Below are positions 1 through 9,674 of a stretch of 32,568 bases of DNA, in pieces. Position numbers and translations under genes: made by a program. Location of the stretch: sequence record SRR31156797_4878; one strand, written 5' to 3'. Under the pieces are notes generated by a model, which saw only the letters and a list, made by a program, of their open reading frames with translations, did not search any database and was not told the origin of the DNA. Numbering within the stretch: position 1 is the first letter of the stretch; each line of letters begins with the position of its first letter.

Positions 1-2
1 TG

Positions 3-3000
3 TTTCCATATTATACCGACGATAAAATTCACGATTATAAAGGAAAAACAGGTAGCCAAACAATAGTATTGGTAGAAAAAGAAGGCAAAACTTTTCTTTG
101 GGAACCTTTCCTTGATGAACATCATATTTATAAAACAGAGCGAAACCTGTACAAAAATATTTATGGCAATAAGATCCTTTTTGAGGAAATAAACCATGAT
201 CTAGGTATTTCATTTAAATATGAATGGAATAATTCTGAAAAATTTGGCTTTGTAAAAAAATCAACATTGAGCAATTTGTCGGGAACTCCTATTAAAGTTT
301 CGTTTATAGACGGCATCAAGAATTTACTACCCTATGGAGTTGATTATGATTTTCAAAATACATACAGCAATCTGCTGGATGCCTACAAAAAAAATGAGTT
401 AATAGCAGAAACCGGATTGGGTTTATTTATGCTGAGTTCAATTCCTGTGGATAGAGCAGAGCCAAGTGAATCGCTTAAAACTACTACCGTTTGGTCGTAT
501 GGATTGGAAGGGCATAAGACTTTATTATCCGAAAAGCAGTTGGATAGTTTTAAAAAGGGATCTGACATAGAAACAGAAGTTGATGTTAGAGCATCTCGCG
601 GTGCTTATTATCTGAATGCAGAATTAATGCTGGATGCTTCTGCTTCTAAAGAATGGATGATTGTAGCAGAAATTAATCAGGATAGTACAGCTGTTGCTAA
701 TCTGAATAATTTACTGATAAAAGATAAATTGAAGGATTCTGTACAGGAAGATATTGAGCTCGGAACGGAGAATCTAATAAAAATTGTTTCTGCTGCTGAC
801 GGTATGCAGTTAGGAAATGATGTTCTTTCATCATCACGCCATTTCTCCAATGTGATGTTTAATGTAATGCGAGGAGGAATTTTCAACAATAATTACCGAT
901 TGGAAACAGCCGATTTTAGTTTGTATGTTAAACAAACCAATAAGGCATTACACGAAAATGTGAAAGAAGAAATTGCAAAACTTTCTAAGGAAATATCTTA
1001 TCCGGAATTATGTAAGTGGGCTTTAGAATACGGTAATATTGATTTACTTAGAATTGCCAATGAATATTTACCCTTGACCTTTAGTCGCAGACATGGAGAC
1101 CCAAGCCGACCATGGAATCAGTTTGCCATTGAGACTAAAAATGAAGATGGAAGTCCAAAATTAAACTACCAGGGAAACTGGCGTGATATATTCCAAAACT
1201 GGGAGGCTTTGGCGCTTTCGTACCCGGAGTATGTGGAAGGTATGATAGGTAAGTTTGTAAATGCATCTACAGCAGATGGGTACAATCCTTATCGTATTAC
1301 CCGCGAAGGTATCGATTGGGAATGTCCGGATCCTGATGATCCATGGGCTTATATTGGTTATTGGGGCGATCATCAAATCATTTATCTACAAAAGTTTTTA
1401 GAACTCTCAAAGGCTTATCATCCGGGCAAATTAGATTCTTTGCTTTCTAAAGAGATGTTTGTTTATGCAAATGTTCCATACCGTATTAAGTCATACCAGG
1501 ATATTGTTTCTAATCCTCAGGATACCATTGAATTTGATGCTGCATTAAATGCACTAATTAAATCCAAGGTTAAAGATTTGGGTGCGGATGCCCGAATGTT
1601 ATTTGATCAGGATGGATCTTTATACAGAGTAAATCTGACAGAAAAAATTTTGGTAACGCTATTATCAAAGCTAAGCAATTTTATTCCGGAAGCAGGTATT
1701 TGGTTAAACACACAACGTCCTGAATGGAACGATGCAAATAATGCTTTAGTAGGAAATGGCGTTTCCATGGTGACGTTGTACTACATTCGTCGTTTTCTTA
1801 AATTTTGGTTGAAACAATTTTCAGCATATTCTAAAGGTGAAATTAGTATTTCGGTTGAAGTTGTTGAGTTATTAACCTCCACCCATCAATTATTTGAAAA
1901 GAAGTATACTTTGATTCATTCAGGATTCTCGGATATAGAAAGACGAAATTTTACGGATGTACTAGGAGTAGCTGGAGAAAAGTATAGAAACAGTATTTAT
2001 AACAATGGTTTTTCAGGTAATAAAGTAACAGTTCAGCTTAGTCAGCTCGTTGAGTTTGCAAAGGTGGCACTTGATTATATGGATCACTCCATTACTGCCA
2101 ATAGACGTGAGGATGGTTTATACCATGCATATAATATTGTATCATTTCGCAAGGATACTGTCTCAATTCGATACTTGTATGAAATGTTGGAAGGACAAGT
2201 AGCCGTGTTGAGTTCAGGTTATTTAAATGCAGAACAGAGTCTTTCTGTTTTGGATGCTTTAAAAGCCAGTGCCTTATTCCGTGAAGATCAGTATAGCTAT
2301 ATACTTTATCCAGATAGACAACTAGCTCGTTTTGAGGATAAAAATAATATACCAACCGAAGATGTAACGAGCTCAAAATTACTGACTCGTTTAATTGAAG
2401 ATGGAGATGCATCCATTTTACAAGTAGATCAATCAGGAAACTATCACTTTAATGGATCTTTTAGAAATGCAGATGTGTTAAAATCAGCTCTTGAAAAATT
2501 AGATGTAGATCAATATGGTGATTTAGTTGAGGTTGAGAAGCAAATGGTGTTGGATGCATACGAAGCGATGTTTGATCATCAGTCGTTTACTGGTCGTTCT
2601 GGTACTTTTTATGGATATGAAGGTCTGGGTAGTATTTACTGGCACATGGTTTCAAAGCTGCTATTGGCCACTCAGGAGTGTTATTTTGGAGCCATTGAAG
2701 AGGGTGCTTCTGATGCTATTCAAGGAAAAATTAAAGATCATTATTATGAAATTAAAGCAGGAATAGGCATCTATAAATCTCCTGAATTGTATGGTGCATT
2801 TCCAACAGATGCTTATTCACATACGCCAGGTGGTGCCGGTGTTAAACAACCTGGAATGACTGGCCAGGTAAAAGAAGATGTTATTTCTCGCATGGCAGAA
2901 TTGGGTATTCAGGTCGAAAATGGTGAGATACAAATTAATACCACCTTACTAAATCCTAATGATATTTTATCAGAAGAGAATTCATTTGAATATTATGATT

Positions 3001-3239
3001 TAGAAGGTGTTAAAAAGCAACTGAATTTATATAAAGGACAAATAGCTTTTACTTTCTGTAAAGTGCCTATAGTGTACACTTTGGGTGATGCAAATAAAAT
3101 AGCGATAGCTCTCAAAGATGGTTCGCAACTAGAAATAAAAGGTAATTCCATTGACAGAGATATAAGTGAGGAAATATTCAATAGAACAGGTGCTGTAAAT
3201 AAAATAGAGGTAACGTTTACTTCTAATATCAGCATATAA
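3..3239 (+). CDS. GH149-type beta-1,3-glucan phosphorylase, 5'-truncated by the window edge
   Basis: Frame is open from base 3 (FPYYTDDKIHDYKGKTGSQTIVL...), so the TTG at 69 is not the true start. Motifs FSRRHGDPSRPWN, YQGNWRDIFQNWE, YEGLGSIYWHMVSKL, FPTDAYSHTP and QPGMTGQVKED; beta-glucan PUL context. Confidence 0.85.
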   Translation, partial: FPYYTDDKIHDYKGKTGSQTIVLVEKEGKTFLWEPFLDEHHIYKTERNLYKNIYGNKILFEEINHDLGISFKYEWNNSEKFGFVKKSTLSNLSGTPIKVSFIDGIKNLLPYGVDYDFQNTYSNLLDAYKKNELIAETGLGLFMLSSIPVDRAEPSESLKTTTVWSYGLEGHKTLLSEKQLDSFKKGSDIETEVDVRASRGAYYLNAELMLDASASKEWMIVAEINQDSTAVANLNNLLIKDKLKDSVQEDIELGTENLIKIVSAADGMQLGNDVLSSSRHFSNVMFNVMRGGIFNNNYRLETADFSLYVKQTNKALHENVKEEIAKLSKEISYPELCKWALEYGNIDLLRIANEYLPLTFSRRHGDPSRPWNQFAIETKNEDGSPKLNYQGNWRDIFQNWEALALSYPEYVEGMIGKFVNASTADGYNPYRITREGIDWECPDPDDPWAYIGYWGDHQIIYLQKFLELSKAYHPGKLDSLLSKEMFVYANVPYRIKSYQDIVSNPQDTIEFDAALNALIKSKVKDLGADARMLFDQDGSLYRVNLTEKILVTLLSKLSNFIPEAGIWLNTQRPEWNDANNALVGNGVSMVTLYYIRRFLKFWLKQFSAYSKGEISISVEVVELLTSTHQLFEKKYTLIHSGFSDIERRNFTDVLGVAGEKYRNSIYNNGFSGNKVTVQLSQLVEFAKVALDYMDHSITANRREDGLYHAYNIVSFRKDTVSIRYLYEMLEGQVAVLSSGYLNAEQSLSVLDALKASALFREDQYSYILYPDRQLARFEDKNNIPTEDVTSSKLLTRLIEDGDASILQVDQSGNYHFNGSFRNADVLKSALEKLDVDQYGDLVEVEKQMVLDAYEAMFDHQSFTGRSGTFYGYEGLGSIYWHMVSKLLLATQECYFGAIEEGASDAIQGKIKDHYYEIKAGIGIYKSPELYGAFPTDAYSHTPGGAGVKQPGMTGQVKEDVISRMAELGIQVENGEIQINTTLLNPNDILSEENSFEYYDLEGVKKQLNLYKGQIAFTFCKVPIVYTLGDANKIAIALKDGSQLEIKGNSIDRDISEEIFNRTGAVNKIEVTFTSNISI

Positions 3240-3302
3240 ATTTCGGGAATAATCCTGAACAATATTTAGATATAGTCAAGTCAATTTAGTTTTAGTAATG
3301 AT

Positions 3303-3343
3303 AAAATCAATCCACCTCCCAATGGTGGAGGGGATTGGTTTTT
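3303..3343 (+). terminator. Intrinsic terminator-like hairpin
   Basis: aaaatcaatcc-a-cctcc...ggagg-ggattggttttt imperfect stem ending in a T-run, between GH149 and the first MFS gene. Confidence 0.55.
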
Positions 3344-3371
3344 AAGCTAGAAAGAATAAAACACAAAATAT

Positions 3372-4823
3372 ATGAGTCGCTCAATAGCAATACAAGATAA
3401 GGTCCCGTTTGGGCAAAAGATGGCATTTGGATCAGGACACCTGGCAAATCAACTTTTCCCGGCTGCATTGGGCGTTTTTATGGTGGTTTTAGTAATGTCT
3501 TTAGGCATGTCACCTATTCTTGCCGGAATTTTAGGTGCACTACCCCGATTAATTGATGCTTTAACAGATCCGATTATGGGATTTATATCGGATAATACGA
3601 AATCAAAATGGGGAAGAAGAAAACCCTATATATTGTTGGGTAGCGTATTAGCCGGTGTTTCGTTTATGATTATGTGGCAATTAAATCCAGAGAATTCTGA
3701 GCTGTTTAATTTCTTTTATTTCTTAATCGTATCCATCTTTTTTTACATAGGCTATACCATTTTCGCTACACCTTTAATTGGGTTGGGATACGAGATGACG
3801 CCGGACTATAACGAACGAACCCGTTTAATGGCCGTTTCTCAGTTTATGGGACAAATAGCCTGGATGATTGCCCCATGGTTTTGGGTTATCATTTACAATC
3901 AGTCCTTATTTGAGTCTGCTCCGCAAGGAGCCAGGATCTTGGCTGTTTGGGTGGGCGGATTATGTATGGTATTGGGAATATTACCGGCTATTTTTAATAA
4001 AGAGTTAATCGTTCCGGATAATGATAAAATGAAGAGCTTATCTCGTAAAGAGTTAGCGAGTAATTTTAAATTATTCATCAAAGGAATAAAGCTAACGATT
4101 CAAAATAAACCATTTATGCGTTTATGTGGATCTACTTTTTTTGTATTCAATGGTTTTCAGACTATAGCCCAATTTGCCTTTTTCATCATTGTATATTATT
4201 TATTTAATGGAGATAAAAGTGCTGCAGGTAACTGGCCGGCTTGGTTTGGAACCGTTAGTGCTATGGCTACAGCATTTTTAGTAATTCCTGTGGTTACCAG
4301 GATATCAGAAAAGCTAGGTAAGAAAAATGCTTTTATCATTGCTACACTTCTTTCAATTGTTGGGTATGCTTTAAAATGGTGGGGGTTTAATCCTGAAAAT
4401 CCATGGATGATGTTTATTCCAATACCCTTCTTATCGTTTGGGATTGGTGGTTTGTTTACGTTGATGATGTCTATGACAGCGGATGTGTGTGATTTGGATG
4501 AATTAAAAAGTGGGCAACGAAGAGAAGCTATGTTTGGAGCGGTGTATTGGTGGATGGTAAAACTCGGAAATGCATTGGCGATTTTAACAAGTGGAATAGT
4601 GCTTCATTATGTTGGCTTTGATGAAAGTAAAGATGTTCAGACCATAGAGGCGCTAACTAATCTTCGATTAGCTGATATTATTATTCCTATTGTAACAGCT
4701 TTATTAGCCATCGCTTCTTTAATGAAGTATGATATTACCGAGGAAAAAGCGAATGAAATCAGAAAAAAACTTATTGCACAAAGAGGTGAAATACATCATC
4801 AAGGAGATAATATAACGGAGTAA
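3372..4823 (+). CDS. MFS transporter, glycoside-pentoside-hexuronide (GPH/MelB-like) family
   Basis: About 12 hydrophobic segments; DALTDPIMGFISDNTKSKWGRRKPY, EMTPDYNERTRL and ADVCDLDELKSGQRREAMF motifs. Confidence 0.92.
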   Translation: MSRSIAIQDKVPFGQKMAFGSGHLANQLFPAALGVFMVVLVMSLGMSPILAGILGALPRLIDALTDPIMGFISDNTKSKWGRRKPYILLGSVLAGVSFMIMWQLNPENSELFNFFYFLIVSIFFYIGYTIFATPLIGLGYEMTPDYNERTRLMAVSQFMGQIAWMIAPWFWVIIYNQSLFESAPQGARILAVWVGGLCMVLGILPAIFNKELIVPDNDKMKSLSRKELASNFKLFIKGIKLTIQNKPFMRLCGSTFFVFNGFQTIAQFAFFIIVYYLFNGDKSAAGNWPAWFGTVSAMATAFLVIPVVTRISEKLGKKNAFIIATLLSIVGYALKWWGFNPENPWMMFIPIPFLSFGIGGLFTLMMSMTADVCDLDELKSGQRREAMFGAVYWWMVKLGNALAILTSGIVLHYVGFDESKDVQTIEALTNLRLADIIIPIVTALLAIASLMKYDITEEKANEIRKKLIAQRGEIHHQGDNITE

Positions 4824-5648
4824 ATGAGTTTAGATATGAGACGATTTGAAAAAACAATAAGAGTATCACTTTTTGTGACTGTTGTAATAGTATTCTTATG
4901 GGCATGCACATCTCCAAAAGAATACAATTTGGTTTGGTCAGATGAGTTTGAATATGAAGGATTACCAGATTCAAGCAAATGGCAATACGATACAGAAGGA
5001 AATCCGCATGGATGGGGCAATAACGAATCTCAATTTTATACAAATTCACGAAAAGAGAATGCATGGGTGCAGGATGGTATTCTTAAAATTACTGCTATTC
5101 AGGAGGGTTATGAAGATAAGCAATTTACTTCTGCACGTTTGGTGTCAGTGCCGGATTGGCGATATGGCAAGGTGGAAGTGAGAGCTAAGCTACCAAAGGC
5201 AAGAGGTACCTGGTCGGCTATTTGGATGATGCCTGGAGGATGGTCTTTTAATGATGGTAACTGGCCTGATATCGGTGAAATTGATATCATGGAGCATGTT
5301 GGACATGATTTAGGTGTAGTTCATGCATCGGCACATTCCAAAGATTATCAATGGCAAAAAGGAACACAGCAAACGGCTACTGTTGATGTGGATAGCATTG
5401 ATCAGGAGTTTCACTCCTATATATTGGAATGGTCACCTGATGTTTTAAAAGCCTATGTGGATGACAATCATTATTTCACTTATGAGAATGAAGGTTTAGG
5501 TGATGATAAATGGCCTTACAACAAACCTTATTATTTGATTTTAAACCTGGCTGTTGGCGGAGAATGGGGAAGAGTGGAAGGCATAGATACCCTTGCTTTT
5601 CCTCAGACGATGGAGATTGATTATGTACGAATATATCAAAAGAAATAA
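4824..5648 (+). CDS. GH16 (GH16_3-like) endo-beta-1,3-glucanase, probable lipoprotein
   Basis: LVWSDEF, GWGNNESQFY, catalytic EIDIME, LNLAVGG and DYVRIYQ; lipobox-like FLWAC. Start could be the ATG at 4836. Confidence 0.92.
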   Translation: MSLDMRRFEKTIRVSLFVTVVIVFLWACTSPKEYNLVWSDEFEYEGLPDSSKWQYDTEGNPHGWGNNESQFYTNSRKENAWVQDGILKITAIQEGYEDKQFTSARLVSVPDWRYGKVEVRAKLPKARGTWSAIWMMPGGWSFNDGNWPDIGEIDIMEHVGHDLGVVHASAHSKDYQWQKGTQQTATVDVDSIDQEFHSYILEWSPDVLKAYVDDNHYFTYENEGLGDDKWPYNKPYYLILNLAVGGEWGRVEGIDTLAFPQTMEIDYVRIYQKK

Positions 5649-5702
5649 GGTCTTGCACTAATGTTGGCTTAAAGCATATTTATAATCAGTTAATACTACC
5701 CA

Positions 5703-7055
5703 ATGAACAAAATAGCTACAAAACTATCAATTAAAGAAAAAATAGGTTACAGCCTGGGGGATACTGCTTCTCACTTTGTGTGGGATATGGTTGGTTTCTG
5801 GATTCTTATTTTTTATACCGATACTTTCGGAATTTCAGCAGCTGCAGCCGGAACAATAATGCTGATCGCCCGATTCTGGGATATGGCTAACGATCCATTA
5901 ATGGGTATCATAGCAGATCGAACTTCCACGCGCTGGGGAAAGTTTAGGCCATATATCTTATGGATGGCGCTGCCTTATAGCGTTTTGGCTGTTTTAACTT
6001 TTACAACACCAGATTTTGATGAAACAGGAAAAGTGATTTATGCAGGAGCAACTTATTTATTATTAATGACTGTTTTTACGGCTATTAACCTACCATATTC
6101 ATCTTTAGGAGCCGTAATGACAGCAGATACAACAGAACGAGCAGGGCTTAATTCCTATCGTTTTGTTTTTGCATTTGTTGGGCAATTAATTGTATCAGGA
6201 ACCGCATTAACATTGGCTAATTATTTTGGGAATGGAGATAGTGCCAAAGGATATCAATATACACTTACTTTGTTTGCTATCATTAGTTTGGCATTATTCT
6301 TCATTACTTTTAAATCAACAAAAGAACGTGTTCAACCTCCCAAAGAACAAAAAATAGATTTAAAGGCAGATATTAAAAACTTATTTAAAAATCGTCCCTG
6401 GGTGATCTTATTTTTTGTAGGCATTATTTCCTTTATCATGTTTGCGATGCAAAATCTGGCTGTAGCCTACTACTTTAAGTATTATATAGGAAAAGAAGAA
6501 AATGTACAATTGTTTAATGTTATCGGAACCATTGCGTTAATTGTTACGATTCCATTCTCAAAACCTCTGGCAAAGAAATTTGGAAACAGAAATGTATTTC
6601 TGGTTAGTTCTATATTATCAGGCTTCTTTTTTATACTGCTTTACTTGCCAGGTGTTGAGGATATAAAATTGATTTATACTTTTAATATTCTGGCAAAAAT
6701 GGCTTATGCACCAGCAGTTCCATTACTATGGACGATGTTAGGAGATACTGCGGATTATTCTGAATGGAAAACAGGCAGAAGATCAACCGGATTGGTTTTT
6801 TCGGCCGCTACTTTTGCACAAAAGGCAGGGTGGGGAATTGGCGGAGCTTTGGCAGGATGGCTTTTAGCCTTGTATAATTTTGAGCCAAATGTAGAACAAA
6901 CAACATCAGCCTTAACCGGAATCAAAATGATGATATCTGTATTTCCGGGAATACTGTATATGTCCTGTGCTATTTTACTATTCTTTTATAGTATCGATCA
7001 TAAAACCAGTTTGGAAATGCAAAAGGATCTGGAAGCAAGAAGAACCGAGAATTAA
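5703..7055 (+). CDS. Second GPH-family MFS sugar:cation symporter
   Basis: EKIGYSLGD, DPLMGIIADRTSTRWGKFRPY and DTADYSEWKTGRRSTG motifs; about 12 TM segments. Confidence 0.93.
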   Translation: MNKIATKLSIKEKIGYSLGDTASHFVWDMVGFWILIFYTDTFGISAAAAGTIMLIARFWDMANDPLMGIIADRTSTRWGKFRPYILWMALPYSVLAVLTFTTPDFDETGKVIYAGATYLLLMTVFTAINLPYSSLGAVMTADTTERAGLNSYRFVFAFVGQLIVSGTALTLANYFGNGDSAKGYQYTLTLFAIISLALFFITFKSTKERVQPPKEQKIDLKADIKNLFKNRPWVILFFVGIISFIMFAMQNLAVAYYFKYYIGKEENVQLFNVIGTIALIVTIPFSKPLAKKFGNRNVFLVSSILSGFFFILLYLPGVEDIKLIYTFNILAKMAYAPAVPLLWTMLGDTADYSEWKTGRRSTGLVFSAATFAQKAGWGIGGALAGWLLALYNFEPNVEQTTSALTGIKMMISVFPGILYMSCAILLFFYSIDHKTSLEMQKDLEARRTEN

Positions 7056-7120
7056 ACCAAGTACATTTCTAAATTTTAGTAAAAAACTACATCCTAATTA
7101 ATTGACTTAATTCCATTAAA

Positions 7121-9508
7121 ATGAAACAAATATTACTGATTTCTGCAATTCTTTTATCCAGCCTGCTTATGAAAGCTCAGAAAAATGATATACAATCTAA
7201 AGTAGATGAGTTAATCTCTCAACTTACTTTGGAAGAGAAAGTTTCTTTATGTTCCGGGAGGGACGATTGGAGTTCGCAACCAATTGAGCGATTGAATATT
7301 CCGTGGATTTGGATGTCAGATGGTCCGCATGGAGTAAGAAGAGCGCCTGCCACGAATAAAGCAGGTTATGGAGATCAGTTAACTGCCACATGTTTTCCTA
7401 CTGCATCAGCTTTATCTGCCACCTGGGACGTGGATTTAATTTATAAGGTAGGACAAGCACTAGGAGAAGAATGTCAGGCATTGGATGTGAATGTATTGCT
7501 GGGCCCTGGAGTAAATATAAAACGTTCGGTTTTGGGAGGAAGAAATTTTGAGTTTTTCTCTGAAGATCCGGTTTTGTCAGGTGAATTGGGAGCAGCATAT
7601 ATCAATGGAGTGCAAAGTCAGGGCGTGGGAACTTCACTAAAGCATTTTACCGCTAATAATGTGGAAACTATGCGTATGTTCAATAATTCAAATGTTGATA
7701 CACGTACTTTGCATGAAATTTATCTGACCCCATTTGAAATAGCTGTAAAAAAGGCGCAGCCATGGACCGTTATGGCATGCTATAATCGGGTTCAGGGAGA
7801 ATACGGAACGCAAAGTCCATACTTGTTAACAAAAACGTTAAAGGAAGACTGGGGTTTTGAAGGTATTGTAATTTCAGATTGGTTTGCTGTAGTTGACAGG
7901 GTAAAAGCTTTGCGGTCGGGGATGCACATTGAAATGCCTCACGTAAGTGAAGTAAATGACAGTATTTTAGTGGATGCAATTAAGAAAGGATTGCTGGAAG
8001 AATCAGTCTTAGATGCAGCTGTTAAAGAAATATTGACCATTGTACTGAAAGCAAAATCTTTAGAGAAAGAAAATGCTGATCAAAAAATTAAGGAACATCA
8101 TGCTTTTGCCCGAAAAGTGGCATCTGAAGCAGTTACTTTATTGAAAAATAAAGATGTAGCGTTACCGCTTAGTAAAAAGAAGTATAAAAAAATAGCCCTT
8201 ATTGGAGAATTTGCAAAGAATCCGCGTTACCAGGGAAATGGAAGTTCTGAGGTAAAACCAACGCAACTGGACAATATTTACGACATTATTAAAAGTGAGT
8301 ATGGCAAAGGTGTTGATATAACATATGCACAAGGATATGATTTAAAAGATGATGAGGATATTTCAAAGATTGAAGAAGCCATAGCTGTTGCAAAAGAGGC
8401 CGATATCGCATTAATTTTTGCAGGATTACCTTTGTCATATGAATCAGAAGGTATCGACCGTAAGCATATTCATATGCCAGCTGCACATAATACTTTAATA
8501 AAGCGTGTTGCCGAAAATCAAAAGAATACAGTGGTTGTTTTAACCAATGGAAGCGCAGTCGCTATGCCATGGGTTGAAGAAGTTTCAGCAGTGGTTGAAG
8601 CTTGGTTAGGAGGACAAGCCGGAGCTGGAGGAGTGGCCGATGTATTATTTGGCAAAGTAAATCCTTCTGGTAAGTTAGCTGAAACTTTTCCAGTTAAATT
8701 GGAAGATACGCCTGCTTACTTTAACTTTCCTGGTGAACAAGGAGATGTGTTGTATGGAGAGCGTATTTTCGTTGGTTATCGTTATTATGATGAGAAGAAG
8801 ATTGAACCATTGTTCCCCTTTGGTTATGGATTATCATACACACAGTTTGAGTATAGCGACTTAAAAATATCATCAAAAGAGATAACAGATAAAGAGAAAC
8901 TGGAAGTTACTGTTAATATAAAAAATACAGGAGCGATGAAAGGTAAAGAAGTTGTGCAATTATATGTAAAAGACACTGAATGCACTTTACAACGTCCTGA
9001 AAAAGAATTAAAGAAATTTGCTAAGGTAGAATTGGCTCCCGGAGAATCTAAAGAAGTAACATTTTATTTGGATAGTCGTGATTTTTCATATTACGATGGG
9101 AAAAGAGAAATGTGGATTGCGGAGAGTGGAGAGTTTATTGTATCTGCAGCAGCTTCGTCCAGAGACATACGTCAATCGAGCACTATTCATTTAAACTCAA
9201 CACAACAAGTTCCCATGATGGTTGATGAATACACTTTTGTAAAAGAATTATGGGAAAATAAACAAACCCGGGAAATTGTAAAAAAATATATACCTCTATG
9301 GATTTCATCATGGGTTCCAGAGGGAAAATCATTGGATGAGGCCAATATTCCAGGTTTCTTTTTAGAGCATCCACTTATAAAATTCCCATATATGACCAAG
9401 GGAGAAATCTCTCATGAACAAGTGTTAGAGTTGATTAAGGAATGTAATCAGCTAACTTTTATACCTAAAAAGATCACTTATAAAGAAGTTGAAAATGTGA
9501 GTTTTTGA
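7121..9508 (+). CDS. GH3 beta-glucosidase with Fn3-like domain and C-terminal extension; signal peptide
   Basis: DGPHG, GRNFEFFSEDP, KHF, nucleophile SDW, ESEGIDR, PLFPFGYGLSYT and EVVQLY; N-terminal MKQILL...MKA-Q signal. Confidence 0.95.
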   Translation: MKQILLISAILLSSLLMKAQKNDIQSKVDELISQLTLEEKVSLCSGRDDWSSQPIERLNIPWIWMSDGPHGVRRAPATNKAGYGDQLTATCFPTASALSATWDVDLIYKVGQALGEECQALDVNVLLGPGVNIKRSVLGGRNFEFFSEDPVLSGELGAAYINGVQSQGVGTSLKHFTANNVETMRMFNNSNVDTRTLHEIYLTPFEIAVKKAQPWTVMACYNRVQGEYGTQSPYLLTKTLKEDWGFEGIVISDWFAVVDRVKALRSGMHIEMPHVSEVNDSILVDAIKKGLLEESVLDAAVKEILTIVLKAKSLEKENADQKIKEHHAFARKVASEAVTLLKNKDVALPLSKKKYKKIALIGEFAKNPRYQGNGSSEVKPTQLDNIYDIIKSEYGKGVDITYAQGYDLKDDEDISKIEEAIAVAKEADIALIFAGLPLSYESEGIDRKHIHMPAAHNTLIKRVAENQKNTVVVLTNGSAVAMPWVEEVSAVVEAWLGGQAGAGGVADVLFGKVNPSGKLAETFPVKLEDTPAYFNFPGEQGDVLYGERIFVGYRYYDEKKIEPLFPFGYGLSYTQFEYSDLKISSKEITDKEKLEVTVNIKNTGAMKGKEVVQLYVKDTECTLQRPEKELKKFAKVELAPGESKEVTFYLDSRDFSYYDGKREMWIAESGEFIVSAAASSRDIRQSSTIHLNSTQQVPMMVDEYTFVKELWENKQTREIVKKYIPLWISSWVPEGKSLDEANIPGFFLEHPLIKFPYMTKGEISHEQVLELIKECNQLTFIPKKITYKEVENVSF

Positions 9509-9674
9509 TGAGGTCAAAAATTATTTCAAAAAATCATAAAACACTATATTGAGCACAGAAAATGATAATCATTTATTAAAATCATGGAAGTTTAAAATGA
9601 GTTGTAAAATGAGCAATTTGTTATTGTATCAAACTTACTCTTATTAACTCCATGACTTAAATTAATATTTAGAG

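Noticed and set aside
69-71. TTG start for the first ORF
   Set aside because: The frame is open to the window edge with conserved-looking sequence, so the gene starts upstream.
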